Shown here: positions 19,354 to 29,384 of the stretch, piece after piece
Layout of the letters: each line of letters starts with the position of its first letter
Numbering within the stretch: the stretch's first letter is position 1
Source: Promethearchaeia archaeon
GTDB taxonomy: Archaea > Asgardarchaeota > Lokiarchaeia > Sigyniarchaeales > SOKP01
Reading direction: 5' to 3'
DNA: 64,000 nucleotides
Assembly: GCA_029856145.1 (NCBI GenBank)
Contig: JAHQWK010000001.1
Coordinates: 448,001-512,000 of the forward strand
Translations under genes and position numbers: made by a program
The notes under the pieces: generated by a model
Seen by the model: the letters and a program-made list of their open reading frames with translations, nothing else
The model's database searches: none
Told to the model about the DNA's origin: nothing

Positions 19354-20166
19354 ATGATATTTCAGATTGTAATCTAACGTTCTCTTACTGAAATATTTAT
19401 CCATCCTTTCTTTAGATTTTGGGTCTATAATAAAATTAATTTTCTCATCAAATTTTATATCCCATAAAATTAATCCTTCCGGATCTGTTGGTTGATAAGA
19501 AATTTCTTTTGAAGTATCAAATAAATTTACAAAATCCTCATATAATATCTTACCTGTTCCTAATTCTATAATTTTTTTAACCATTCTTCTCACTTGTTGT
19601 CTTAGAAATGCTCTACTTTTAAATTGAAGAATTATATAATCATTTTGTATTGATAATGTTACCGAATCCATATCTCTTATAGTATTTATTTTATCACCTT
19701 CTTTTTTTGAAAAATTAGCAAAATCGTGATTTCCTTCTAATTCTTTGCAAGCTTTTTTGATTAAGCGTATATTTATTCCTGAAAATTTTTCAAAGTACGA
19801 AATTGGAAAAGGTACTATATAAACATAATGTCGTAAAACAGCATCACGCCTAGAAGAAAAATCCAATGGCACTTCTGAATAAGCCCAAAAACCTATTTCT
19901 TTAGGTAATACACTATTTATCTCCATAAGAATTGGATTTTTTTGTGTTATACATGTAAAACACGCTCCTCTCGCAGAAACATATCTATCTGTTCTGCTTG
20001 CGAACTCAAACTGTGATTTATCAATATCTTGAATATAACCTCTGCTTTTTAAAGCTTTTATTACACAATCTTCAATTGTCATAAATCTAGGTTGTCTTTG
20101 AGATCCATGATATTCATCTATTCCAATGTAATAGATTTTGAAAAGAATTTTAGAGTTTAACATCAC
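19318..20166 (-). CDS. truA: tRNA pseudouridine(38-40) synthase
   Basis: G.QRQP, SRTD..VSA, G.HDF.NF, FLRQQVRRMV, GLILW; 3' end overlaps rfcS by 36 nt. Confidence 0.92.
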   Translation of the reverse strand: MMLNSKILFKIYYIGIDEYHGSQRQPRFMTIEDCVIKALKSRGYIQDIDKSQFEFASRTDRYVSARGACFTCITQKNPILMEINSVLPKEIGFWAYSEVPLDFSSRRDAVLRHYVYIVPFPISYFEKFSGINIRLIKKACKELEGNHDFANFSKKEGDKINTIRDMDSVTLSIQNDYIILQFKSRAFLRQQVRRMVKKIIELGTGKILYEDFVNLFDTSKEISYQPTDPEGLILWDIKFDEKINFIIDPKSKERMDKYFSKRTLDYNLKYHLFRALQQDDFS

Positions 20167-20309
20167 TTATAATATTCTTCTATATTTATCGCATTTTGAT
20201 TCTTACAAAATGTTGGAATAAATAAATAAATTTTAATTTTAAGGATTTTTTTTATATTCAAAATTTAATTATGGTTATTAATTAGTAATATTCTATTTTA
20301 TGATAAATT

Positions 20310-23300
20310 ATGGTTAAAATCGCCGCTTCATTAAGAAATTTCCGTGATCGTATTAAAACATCGATATCGTTGAAAACACGGAACGTTTTATTCTTTTTGG
20401 CAATATTCTTAGTTGTATTTCTAGCCATCGTTATTAGATTAAGCCCCCTTATAAGAGATATTACTTTAATTAAAGGATTTGACCCTTGGATCCAGTGGTA
20501 TAACGCTGAATATTTAGATACTCATACGCTATATGAATATTTCAATTGGAGAGACTTTAAAAGCTGGTATCCAGAGGGATATTTTAGAGGTGGTTTACGA
20601 CCAGGACTAACATTTACTGTAGTCGTTATTCATAAGATTTTAAACTTTTTTGGATTACCAATTTCGTTATATGATATATGTTTCTACTTTCCTGCATTTA
20701 TGGGAGGTATAACTGTATTAACAATTTATTTTTTAGGTAAAGAAATACTTAATAAGTCAACTGGCTTATTTGCAGCATTTTTCTTAGCTTTTAATCCAGG
20801 ATACTTACAACGAACCACAGCAGGATTTTTTGATAATGAAACAATTGGTGTTTTTGCTACCTTAATGATATTCTTGTTTTTTTTAAAAGCTATAAGAACA
20901 GGAAAATTTTCACATTCGGTTATTGGTGGTATCTTTTTAGGTTATTTATCCTTAAGTTGGGGGGGATATCAATTTGTTTATTTAGTAATTCCTATAATTG
21001 CCATTATCTTAATTTTCTCAAATAAATATAATGAAAATGTTTTGATGTCTTATGCGGGAGTTCAAGGAACTGGTCTATTGATTTTTTCTTTGTATTCAAA
21101 ATTTAACCACCAAAATTTATTCTCAAATTTAGATATAGGAGGTATTTTTTTCTTTACGATCATTTTAGTTTTTTTTCATCTTATTCACACCAAAAAGAAT
21201 GAGCATCCCAATTTCTATTATCGATTAGTAAATACAATAAAATGGGGGCTTATACCTGTTATTCTTGTACTTGCCGTAATAATTTGGGTTGCTCCTGCAA
21301 TTTTACCTTTTGGATTTGGCTCACGATTTTGGACAATTCTTAATCCTCTGTTCCGTGAAGGAGTAAGTCTTGTTGCTTCAGTAGCAGAGCAAATGCCTAG
21401 TGCGTGGAGTGTATTTTATTATAACACATTAATTCCGTTGGTTCTTATACCATTAGGCATATATTTCTGCTTTAAAAGATTAAATGCAGCAGATATTTTT
21501 GTAATTGCATTTATTATATTAATGTATTATTTTACGGGAAGTATGATTCGTATAATTTTAATTTTTGCGCCAGCAGCAGCATTGGCGGGAGCATATGGCT
21601 TAGCTAGTATATTAAAAATTTTTGGCAGTTTCGTTGGAGAAAGAAAAGTTGGTGTAAGCAGGAAAAGGAGAAGACAATTAAAAGGAACTTTAGGAAGCTC
21701 TGAAGTGTTAGTTGTCTATCTTCTGGTGGGGGTTTTGTTGTATGCTCAAGTTTCTCATACTACTTTTATAGCAGTCAACCAAATGTCATATGTTCAAATT
21801 GTTCCTGGAGGTATTCTTCACGATTGGGAAGAATCTTTAACATGGATGAGAGATAATTTGAAAGGAACAGATGTAGTGGTTTCATGGTGGGATTATGGTT
21901 ATTGGCTTACTCCTATAGGTAATGTGACCACTGTGAACGATAATGCTACGAAGAATCAAACTAGAATTGGTTTGACAGGAATGGCGTTAATGCAAAATGA
22001 TGAACTTTATAGCGTTAAAGCATTACGTCGGCTGGGTGCCGATTATGTATTAGTTTACTGGGGCTTTCTATTAACAGGATTGGGCGGGGACGAGGGCAAG
22101 TGGACGTGGATGGTACAGATCTGTAATGATAATTATGAAAGATATAAAAAATTAGGATGGGAAGAAGATAATTGGGCAGAAAATGCGGTCTTTGATATGG
22201 GCAATTATGTAAATGAAAGCACAGGAGCAGTGGAAGATGGGTGGTTTGAAAGTCAATTAATTAAGCTTTTGTTTATGGCTGAACCTACCTCCTCTGATGA
22301 TGTTCAGAACGATCTTCAACGAAATTATTACGATGCAATAACTAATCGACGAGATGATGATGGTGATCCATGGATATCTCATATCCCTGATGGAGGGTTT
22401 TATGATTCTAAGATATTTATTCCCTCATATTTTTCTCTAGCCCATTTAGTAAAGCTGTATAAGGTTGATTATACAATATTAGATTCCCATTTTGCTATTC
22501 GAAGCCCAAGAGTTACAGATAGTGGATATGCTACATTTAAACTAAAAAATACAGGTACAAAAGAATTACTCATTACGCAAGTAGAAATTAATGGATCAAA
22601 ATTTGATTTTTTCATGGCAGATGATCAAATTGAAGAGGGTTCTGAACAATTAGTTTGGGTTAACACAACAAGTGCAAATTTTCAACTAGACGATGTAGTT
22701 ACAATAAACGTGACTGCTCAATCAGAAGCAGAATTCCAGAGAAAGTATATTTTTTCCAATGCAACAAGTAATTTCTTCGTTAGAGAAGCACAAGATGGAG
22801 AAATTAAAATTGTTAAGGAAAATAGTATAGTTATTCAAAAAGATTCTTCTACTGTTGATTTATACCTTGAAGTGGAAAATACAGGGGACTCAATTGTTGT
22901 TTTAGATAGGTTTTATGTTAATAATGATATAATGGAAAATAGGATTGACCAAGAGAAAATCACTTATTCAAGTGGTTCCTCGGTCCTTGAACCCATGGAT
23001 AAAGCTTCTATTCTGATACAAGATGCTGATATAAGTTTCTTCCCTATCAAAGAATATAATAAGATCGGGGTAGCGACTCCAAACAATATATATGACGAAA
23101 TATTGTTCACATCAAATGTAGAAAACTATTCGCTTTCAATTTTGGGTGAGGATCGGATTGCATCTCCTGAAGAATTGGCCATCTTTGACACAAATTTTAG
23201 GAAACACATTCCAATTGATTTTAATAATTCTTTTGCACATTCATATGATAATGGGACCATCATCTTAAATATAAGGATAAAGAACACAGGAGACATCATA

Positions 23301-24188
23301 TTTGGGTTGGATCAAGTTTATTTGACAGAATCTCTAATCGAAGCTGATTTTGATATAAAACCAAAAAATGAAACTTTAAACCCAAAAAGCAATGAGGAAC
23401 GTTTAATAATAATAGAAATAGACACGGAGGATCCCGCTGACGCAAAATATGGACTTACTGGAGATATTAATGAAGAAATATTGGTGTGCATAACTGGAGG
23501 TTTTGCAGAATTAGAAACTGTTGCATCGGATATTGGATATATACATACTATTAAAAATGAACCAGATATTAAAATAATAAAAGAGGTTCAGGGCGTTGCG
23601 TCATCTATTATTCATGCAAATGAAACAGGAGAACTCTTAATTAAGAATACGGGAAATGAACTAGTAACTCTTGACAATATTTATGTTAATAATACCTTAG
23701 TAACTAATACTGAATATACTTATGGTGATTCTTCATTAGAGATGCAAGAATGTGCGATTGTTACATTTGATATTCCTGGGTTAAAGATAAATAAGTCAGA
23801 TGAATGCTTTATAAATGTTACAACAACTTCCTTAGTAGAGGCAAATGAAACTCTCAATGCTTTTGTAGATTCTGGTTATTACAATATTGAAATCGATGAT
23901 GTTGGAACCTCAGCAATTGATTCAGGAATAGTAACAATTTTGATAAATAATAATGGATTGTTAAATGTTACACTTGATTCAGTTTACATAAATAATACCT
24001 ACTTTTCTATAAATGCCTTCACTTCTGATAATGGTTATGAAATTGGAGCAGGTGATTCATTAGAATTAACAATAGATATGGCTACAATCGAATCAAAATT
24101 TGGAATTATTAATGTTGATGATATTTTAGAGATTTTGGTCCGCACTTTAGAAGGAGCCGAGGATATTCACGAAGAAATTGTAAAATAA
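20310..24188 (+). CDS. aglB: Oligosaccharyltransferase AglB/STT3 with long C-terminal Ig-like repeat extension
   Basis: FDPW, GFFDNE, SVAEQ, SWWDYG, DNAT, GDEGKWTWM; about 13 TM segments. Confidence 0.93.
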   Translation: MVKIAASLRNFRDRIKTSISLKTRNVLFFLAIFLVVFLAIVIRLSPLIRDITLIKGFDPWIQWYNAEYLDTHTLYEYFNWRDFKSWYPEGYFRGGLRPGLTFTVVVIHKILNFFGLPISLYDICFYFPAFMGGITVLTIYFLGKEILNKSTGLFAAFFLAFNPGYLQRTTAGFFDNETIGVFATLMIFLFFLKAIRTGKFSHSVIGGIFLGYLSLSWGGYQFVYLVIPIIAIILIFSNKYNENVLMSYAGVQGTGLLIFSLYSKFNHQNLFSNLDIGGIFFFTIILVFFHLIHTKKNEHPNFYYRLVNTIKWGLIPVILVLAVIIWVAPAILPFGFGSRFWTILNPLFREGVSLVASVAEQMPSAWSVFYYNTLIPLVLIPLGIYFCFKRLNAADIFVIAFIILMYYFTGSMIRIILIFAPAAALAGAYGLASILKIFGSFVGERKVGVSRKRRRQLKGTLGSSEVLVVYLLVGVLLYAQVSHTTFIAVNQMSYVQIVPGGILHDWEESLTWMRDNLKGTDVVVSWWDYGYWLTPIGNVTTVNDNATKNQTRIGLTGMALMQNDELYSVKALRRLGADYVLVYWGFLLTGLGGDEGKWTWMVQICNDNYERYKKLGWEEDNWAENAVFDMGNYVNESTGAVEDGWFESQLIKLLFMAEPTSSDDVQNDLQRNYYDAITNRRDDDGDPWISHIPDGGFYDSKIFIPSYFSLAHLVKLYKVDYTILDSHFAIRSPRVTDSGYATFKLKNTGTKELLITQVEINGSKFDFFMADDQIEEGSEQLVWVNTTSANFQLDDVVTINVTAQSEAEFQRKYIFSNATSNFFVREAQDGEIKIVKENSIVIQKDSSTVDLYLEVENTGDSIVVLDRFYVNNDIMENRIDQEKITYSSGSSVLEPMDKASILIQDADISFFPIKEYNKIGVATPNNIYDEILFTSNVENYSLSILGEDRIASPEELAIFDTNFRKHIPIDFNNSFAHSYDNGTIILNIRIKNTGDIIFGLDQVYLTESLIEADFDIKPKNETLNPKSNEERLIIIEIDTEDPADAKYGLTGDINEEILVCITGGFAELETVASDIGYIHTIKNEPDIKIIKEVQGVASSIIHANETGELLIKNTGNELVTLDNIYVNNTLVTNTEYTYGDSSLEMQECAIVTFDIPGLKINKSDECFINVTTTSLVEANETLNAFVDSGYYNIEIDDVGTSAIDSGIVTILINNNGLLNVTLDSVYINNTYFSINAFTSDNGYEIGAGDSLELTIDMATIESKFGIINVDDILEILVRTLEGAEDIHEEIVK

Positions 24189-24331
24189 ACAATATTAAAT
24201 ACAAAACTTTTTTTTCATTATCTAACTTTAGTAAAAATCATAAGATAATGTTTCATTAGAATACCTATAGACTTATCTTGTATATAATGACTTAAATTTA
24301 TTTATAATATTATATAAAAATAATTTGTTTA

Positions 24332-26344
24332 ATGTACATGAACGTTAGCTTTAAATTACAGACTGGTTACGAACCTGCTGGAGATCAACCTTTAGCTATC
24401 TCCACGCTTGCTAATAATATTAAAGATGGGAAACAATATAATACTCTATTAGGGGCGACAGGCACTGGAAAAACTTTTTCAATAGCAAATATAATTCAAG
24501 AAATTCAGAAACCAACTTTAGTAATGGCACCAAATAAAACATTAGCCGCTCAGTTATATAATGAATTAAAGGAGCTATTTCCTCATAATGCAGTTCATTA
24601 TTTCGTGTCTTATTACGATTATTACCAGCCAGAGGCATATATGCCAATTTCTGGGTTATATATAGAAAAAGATTTTAGTGTTAATGAAGAAATTGAACGA
24701 TTACGACTTGCAGCGGCTCATGCTGTAAGAACTCGGAGAGATGTAATTGTAGTTGCCACAGTGTCCTGTATCTATGGACTAGGTAATCCAATTTTGTGGG
24801 AAAAAATAGCTCTCTCACTCGAAGTAGGCACGCACATAGAACGTTCTGAGATTTTGAAGAAACTTATAAAAATGAATTATGAGCGAAATGATATTGAATT
24901 TAAACCAGGAATTGTACGAGTAAAAGGAGATATTATCGATATTTACCCCGCTTATCTAACTAATGCTGTAAGAATTTCTTTATTTGGCGACGAAATTGAA
25001 TCCATAACAGAAATTCATCCAATATCTAATAATCCAACAAACAAAGTACCAAATTATAGAGTATTCCCTGCAACGCATTTTATAATTCCCGATGAAAATA
25101 AAGTAAGAGCTCTTGAGTTAATAAGAGATGAACTGGAAGAACGTATCAAATTTTTTAAAAATCAGAAAAAGTATGCTGAAGCCCAATGGATTGAGAGGAG
25201 AGTTAAATTTGATTTAGAAATGATGAAAGAGATGGGGTGGTGTAAAGGTGTAGAGAATTATTCAAGACATTTGGATGGTAGGCCTTCAGGTACCCCCCCT
25301 ATGACTTTAGTAGATTATTTTCCAAATGAATTTTTGATAGTTGTTGATGAATCTCATATAACAATACCACAAATCCATGGAATGATCGGTGGAGATCGTT
25401 CTCGTAAAAAAAATCTTATAGATTTTGGATGGCGTTTGCCTAGTGCCTATGATAATAGACCTCTTACATTTGAAGAATGGGAAAACAAAATAAATAACAT
25501 AATTTTTATGAGTGCTACACCAGGAAATTATGAGTTAGAAAAAAGCGGTGGAGTTTCTGCTGAGCAAATAATTCGACCAACGGGTCTTGTTGATCCAATG
25601 GTAGAAATAAGACCAGCTAAGAATCAAATAGACGATCTATTAGGCGAGATTAGAAAAACCATTAATAACGGTGGTAGAACTCTTATAACTACTCTTACAA
25701 AGAGAATGTCTGAAGATATTGCTGAGTATTATAATGAATTAGGATTGAAAATAACTTATTTGCATTCGGAAGTTGATACAATTGAAAGATTTGAAATCTT
25801 ACGCCAGTTGAGAGACGGGACTTTTGATGTTTTAGTAGGTATTAATCTTTTAAGGGAAGGTTTAGATCTGCCTGAAGTTCAATTAGTTGCGATTTTAGAT
25901 GCGGATAAACTTGGATTTTTAAGAGATACTCGATCATTAATTCAAACTATTGGTAGAGCTTCTAGAAATGTTGATGGAAAAGCAATATTATATGCAGATA
26001 GGATGTCACCATCAATGAAAGCAGCGATAGATGAGACAAATAGGAGAAGAAATAAACAAATTAATTATAATGAAGAGAATAATATTACTCCTCAAACAAT
26101 TAAGAAAAATATCTTACAATCTCTTTCAGAAGAACAGGAATTTAAAGGCAGGGAAGTTAAAAAATTAAAACAAACTGTTAAAGATAAAATAAAGCAATTA
26201 GAAGCAGAAGGAGATCTAGATATTGTAATTCAATATTTAGAGGATAAAATGTTCATGGCAGCGAAAGAACTTAGATTTGAAGATGCTGCTTATTTAAGGG
26301 ATAAAATCAAGGACATAAAGGAAACAAACAAAATAAAAGCGTGA
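24332..26344 (+). CDS. uvrB: Excinuclease ABC subunit B
   Basis: PAGDQP, GATGTGKT, YFVSYYDYYQPEAY, DESH, LLREGLD, FEDAA.LRD. Confidence 0.97.
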   Translation: MYMNVSFKLQTGYEPAGDQPLAISTLANNIKDGKQYNTLLGATGTGKTFSIANIIQEIQKPTLVMAPNKTLAAQLYNELKELFPHNAVHYFVSYYDYYQPEAYMPISGLYIEKDFSVNEEIERLRLAAAHAVRTRRDVIVVATVSCIYGLGNPILWEKIALSLEVGTHIERSEILKKLIKMNYERNDIEFKPGIVRVKGDIIDIYPAYLTNAVRISLFGDEIESITEIHPISNNPTNKVPNYRVFPATHFIIPDENKVRALELIRDELEERIKFFKNQKKYAEAQWIERRVKFDLEMMKEMGWCKGVENYSRHLDGRPSGTPPMTLVDYFPNEFLIVVDESHITIPQIHGMIGGDRSRKKNLIDFGWRLPSAYDNRPLTFEEWENKINNIIFMSATPGNYELEKSGGVSAEQIIRPTGLVDPMVEIRPAKNQIDDLLGEIRKTINNGGRTLITTLTKRMSEDIAEYYNELGLKITYLHSEVDTIERFEILRQLRDGTFDVLVGINLLREGLDLPEVQLVAILDADKLGFLRDTRSLIQTIGRASRNVDGKAILYADRMSPSMKAAIDETNRRRNKQINYNEENNITPQTIKKNILQSLSEEQEFKGREVKKLKQTVKDKIKQLEAEGDLDIVIQYLEDKMFMAAKELRFEDAAYLRDKIKDIKETNKIKA

Positions 26345-26385
26345 AATTTTTCTAATACCTTTAATTGAAAAAGATAGAATATAGA

Positions 26386-29259
26386 ATGACTGAAAACTCA
26401 ATTATAATAAAAGGAGCAAGGCAGAATAATCTAAAAAACATTGATGTTGTAATCCCACGCAATAAACTAGTAGTTATTACAGGGATTAGTGGAAGTGGAA
26501 AAAGTAGTTTGGCAATGGACACTTTATATGCAGAAGGCCAACGAAGATTTCTTGAGTCACTATCAAGTTATGCTAGACAATTTCTAGGTGAAATGGATAA
26601 ACCTGATGTAGATTCAATAGAAGGATTATCTCCTGCTATAGCAATAGAACAAAAATCTCTTTCCAAAAATCCCCGAAGTACAGTAGGAACTGTAACAGAG
26701 ATATATGATTATTACAGATTACTATTCGCTAATATTGGCATCCCATATTGCCCCAATTGTGGAAAAGAGATAAAACTTCAAACTCCTCAACAAATAATTC
26801 AACAAGTATTAAGTTCTATAAAAGAAAATCAAAAATTTATTGTTAAAGCACCTGTGATTCGAGATAGAAAAGGAGAATATAAGGAACTTTTAAAAGATTT
26901 AAAGAAGCAAGGTTATGTTAGAATAGAAGTAGATGGTATTCAATATACATTAGATGAAGAAATCTCAATGGAAAAGAATGTGAAACATAATATTAATGTT
27001 GTTATAGACAGATTAGTAATGCATAAAGATATAAAGACAAGGTTGGCTGATTCTATTGAAGTAGCATTGGATTTAACCGAGGGGATAGTTATTATTGAGA
27101 TTGTTGAAAAGGGAGAACAAATATATTCTGAACATCTTGCTTGCGTTGATTGTGGTTTATCCTTTCCTCCGTTAGATCATAAAATGTTTTCATTTAACAT
27201 TCCTCATGGAAGCTGTAAATATTGTAGTGGTTTAGGTAATGTTATGGAATTTGATTATGGATTATTTTTAGGAAATGATTTAGATGTTCCGCTAGAGGAG
27301 ACTCCTATTAGAGATATTCCGGGATTTGGATCTCTAAACGGCTATTCTTGGCAAACAATAGTACAAGTTGCCAAGCATTATGGATTTGACACTGATAAGA
27401 CACCAATTAAAAACATTGACCCAACAAAACTTCATAAAATCTTATATGGTTCTGAAAACGAATCAATTGATTTTCATTTTGAGAGTGATAATAATGACCA
27501 CAAAAATCATAATGGAGAATTTAAATCTTCTTGGCAAGTTGTAAAGCCTTTCGAAGGAATAATACCTATACTACACAGGAGATATATGGAAACTCGTTCA
27601 GATTGGGCTCGTGATGTTTATGAAAGTTTTATGAATCGGATAAATTGTCCTCAGTGTAAGGGGCAAAAATTAAAACCAGAAAGTTTAGCAGTAACAGTTA
27701 ACAAACTCAATATCGCTGAATTATCTGCACTATATGTAAAAGATTCTCTAAAATTTTTTAAAGAATTACAATTAAATGAAACTGAAAAGAAAATAGTTAA
27801 AGAAGTATTAAAAGAAATATTTGATAGATTATCTTTCCTTGAAAATGTTGGTCTAGATTATATTTCATTAAACCGTCGTTCAGATACTTTATCTGTTGGA
27901 GAAGCAGAAAGAATTCGGTTAGCTACTCAATTAGGATCTAGCCTAGTAGGAGTATTATACGTTTTGGATGAACCTAGTATAGGTCTTCATCAAAGAGATA
28001 TCAATCGTCTTATCAATATGCTAAAAAAATTAAGAGATTTAGGAAATACAGTTATTGTAGTTGAACATGATGAGGCAATAATGCGTAATGCAGATCACAT
28101 AATAGATTTAGGCCCTTTAGCTGGTGAACAAGGTGGAGAAGTTGTTGCTGAAGGGTCTATAGAAATTATTATTAATTCAAAGACTTTAACAGGAGAGTAT
28201 TTATCAGGAAAAAGAAAAATTCTAAATCCAAAAAATAGACGTAAAATTAGTAAAGAATTTATTGAAATATTAGGAGCAGAAGAAAATAATTTAAAAGATA
28301 TTAATGTTAAAATTCCTCTGGGTTTATTTACTTGCATAACAGGAGTTTCAGGGGCTGGAAAAACTAGCTTGATTATAGATTGTTTATATAACGGTCTCCA
28401 TAATTTAATAAATACTCGAAGTTCAAAAGTTAATGAAGGGAAATTTGATAAAATAATAGGATATGAGAAAATAGATAAAATTATTAATATTGATCAATCC
28501 CCTATAGGAAGAACTCCAAGATCAGTCCCTGCTACTTATACAAAAGCACTAGATTATATAAGAGAAATTTTTGCCGGATTACCAGAATCTAGAGAAAGGG
28601 GATATAAGAAAGGTAGATTTAGTTTTAATACAAAATATGGCCATTGTAAGAAGTGTAAAGGTACAGGCTATATCTTGAAAGAAATGTATTTCTTACCCGA
28701 CGTGTATATAAGATGTGATTTATGCTATGGTAAAAGATATAATGCTGAAACATTAGAGATTAAATATCGTGAAAAATCGATCTATGATATTTTGAAAATG
28801 ACTTTCCATCAAGCTTTAGAATTTTTTGATAGTATTCCAAATTTAAAAAGAACAATCAAAACAGTAGTGGATGTTGGTTTGGGTTATTTAGAATTAGGGC
28901 AATCTTCGACTACTCTGAGTGGAGGAGAATCACAACGCTTAAAAATCGCTAGAGAATTAAGAAAAACAAGTACAGGAAACACACTCTATATCTTGGATGA
29001 GCCCACAACTGGTCTTAGCTCTTTTGATATTAATTATCTACTAAAAGTTCTTCAAAAATTGGTAGATAAAGGTAATACAGTAATTATTATTGAACATAAT
29101 ATGGAGGTTATAAAATCTGTCGATTTTATTATCGATCTTGGTCCTGAAGGTGGTGAAAAAGGAGGTAAAATTGTAGTAAAGGGAACACCCGAAGAAATTA
29201 TTAGAAATGATAATTCCTTTACTGCTCAATATTTAAAACCGTATCTCAACAGCAATTAA
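26386..29259 (+). CDS. uvrA: Excinuclease ABC subunit A
   Basis: GARQNNLKNI, GISGSGKSS, two ABC NBDs, Zn fingers, LSGGESQR in NBD2. Confidence 0.97.
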   Translation: MTENSIIIKGARQNNLKNIDVVIPRNKLVVITGISGSGKSSLAMDTLYAEGQRRFLESLSSYARQFLGEMDKPDVDSIEGLSPAIAIEQKSLSKNPRSTVGTVTEIYDYYRLLFANIGIPYCPNCGKEIKLQTPQQIIQQVLSSIKENQKFIVKAPVIRDRKGEYKELLKDLKKQGYVRIEVDGIQYTLDEEISMEKNVKHNINVVIDRLVMHKDIKTRLADSIEVALDLTEGIVIIEIVEKGEQIYSEHLACVDCGLSFPPLDHKMFSFNIPHGSCKYCSGLGNVMEFDYGLFLGNDLDVPLEETPIRDIPGFGSLNGYSWQTIVQVAKHYGFDTDKTPIKNIDPTKLHKILYGSENESIDFHFESDNNDHKNHNGEFKSSWQVVKPFEGIIPILHRRYMETRSDWARDVYESFMNRINCPQCKGQKLKPESLAVTVNKLNIAELSALYVKDSLKFFKELQLNETEKKIVKEVLKEIFDRLSFLENVGLDYISLNRRSDTLSVGEAERIRLATQLGSSLVGVLYVLDEPSIGLHQRDINRLINMLKKLRDLGNTVIVVEHDEAIMRNADHIIDLGPLAGEQGGEVVAEGSIEIIINSKTLTGEYLSGKRKILNPKNRRKISKEFIEILGAEENNLKDINVKIPLGLFTCITGVSGAGKTSLIIDCLYNGLHNLINTRSSKVNEGKFDKIIGYEKIDKIINIDQSPIGRTPRSVPATYTKALDYIREIFAGLPESRERGYKKGRFSFNTKYGHCKKCKGTGYILKEMYFLPDVYIRCDLCYGKRYNAETLEIKYREKSIYDILKMTFHQALEFFDSIPNLKRTIKTVVDVGLGYLELGQSSTTLSGGESQRLKIARELRKTSTGNTLYILDEPTTGLSSFDINYLLKVLQKLVDKGNTVIIIEHNMEVIKSVDFIIDLGPEGGEKGGKIVVKGTPEEIIRNDNSFTAQYLKPYLNSN

Positions 29260-29384
29260 TTTTCAATTTTTCCTTAATAATTTCTTAAGTTTTAAAATAA
29301 AATTCTAAACTTATGGTAAATAATTTTATACTATAAGTATTCTAAGGTTATGTGATAAGTATGAATTGAGGTTCGTGATAGAAA

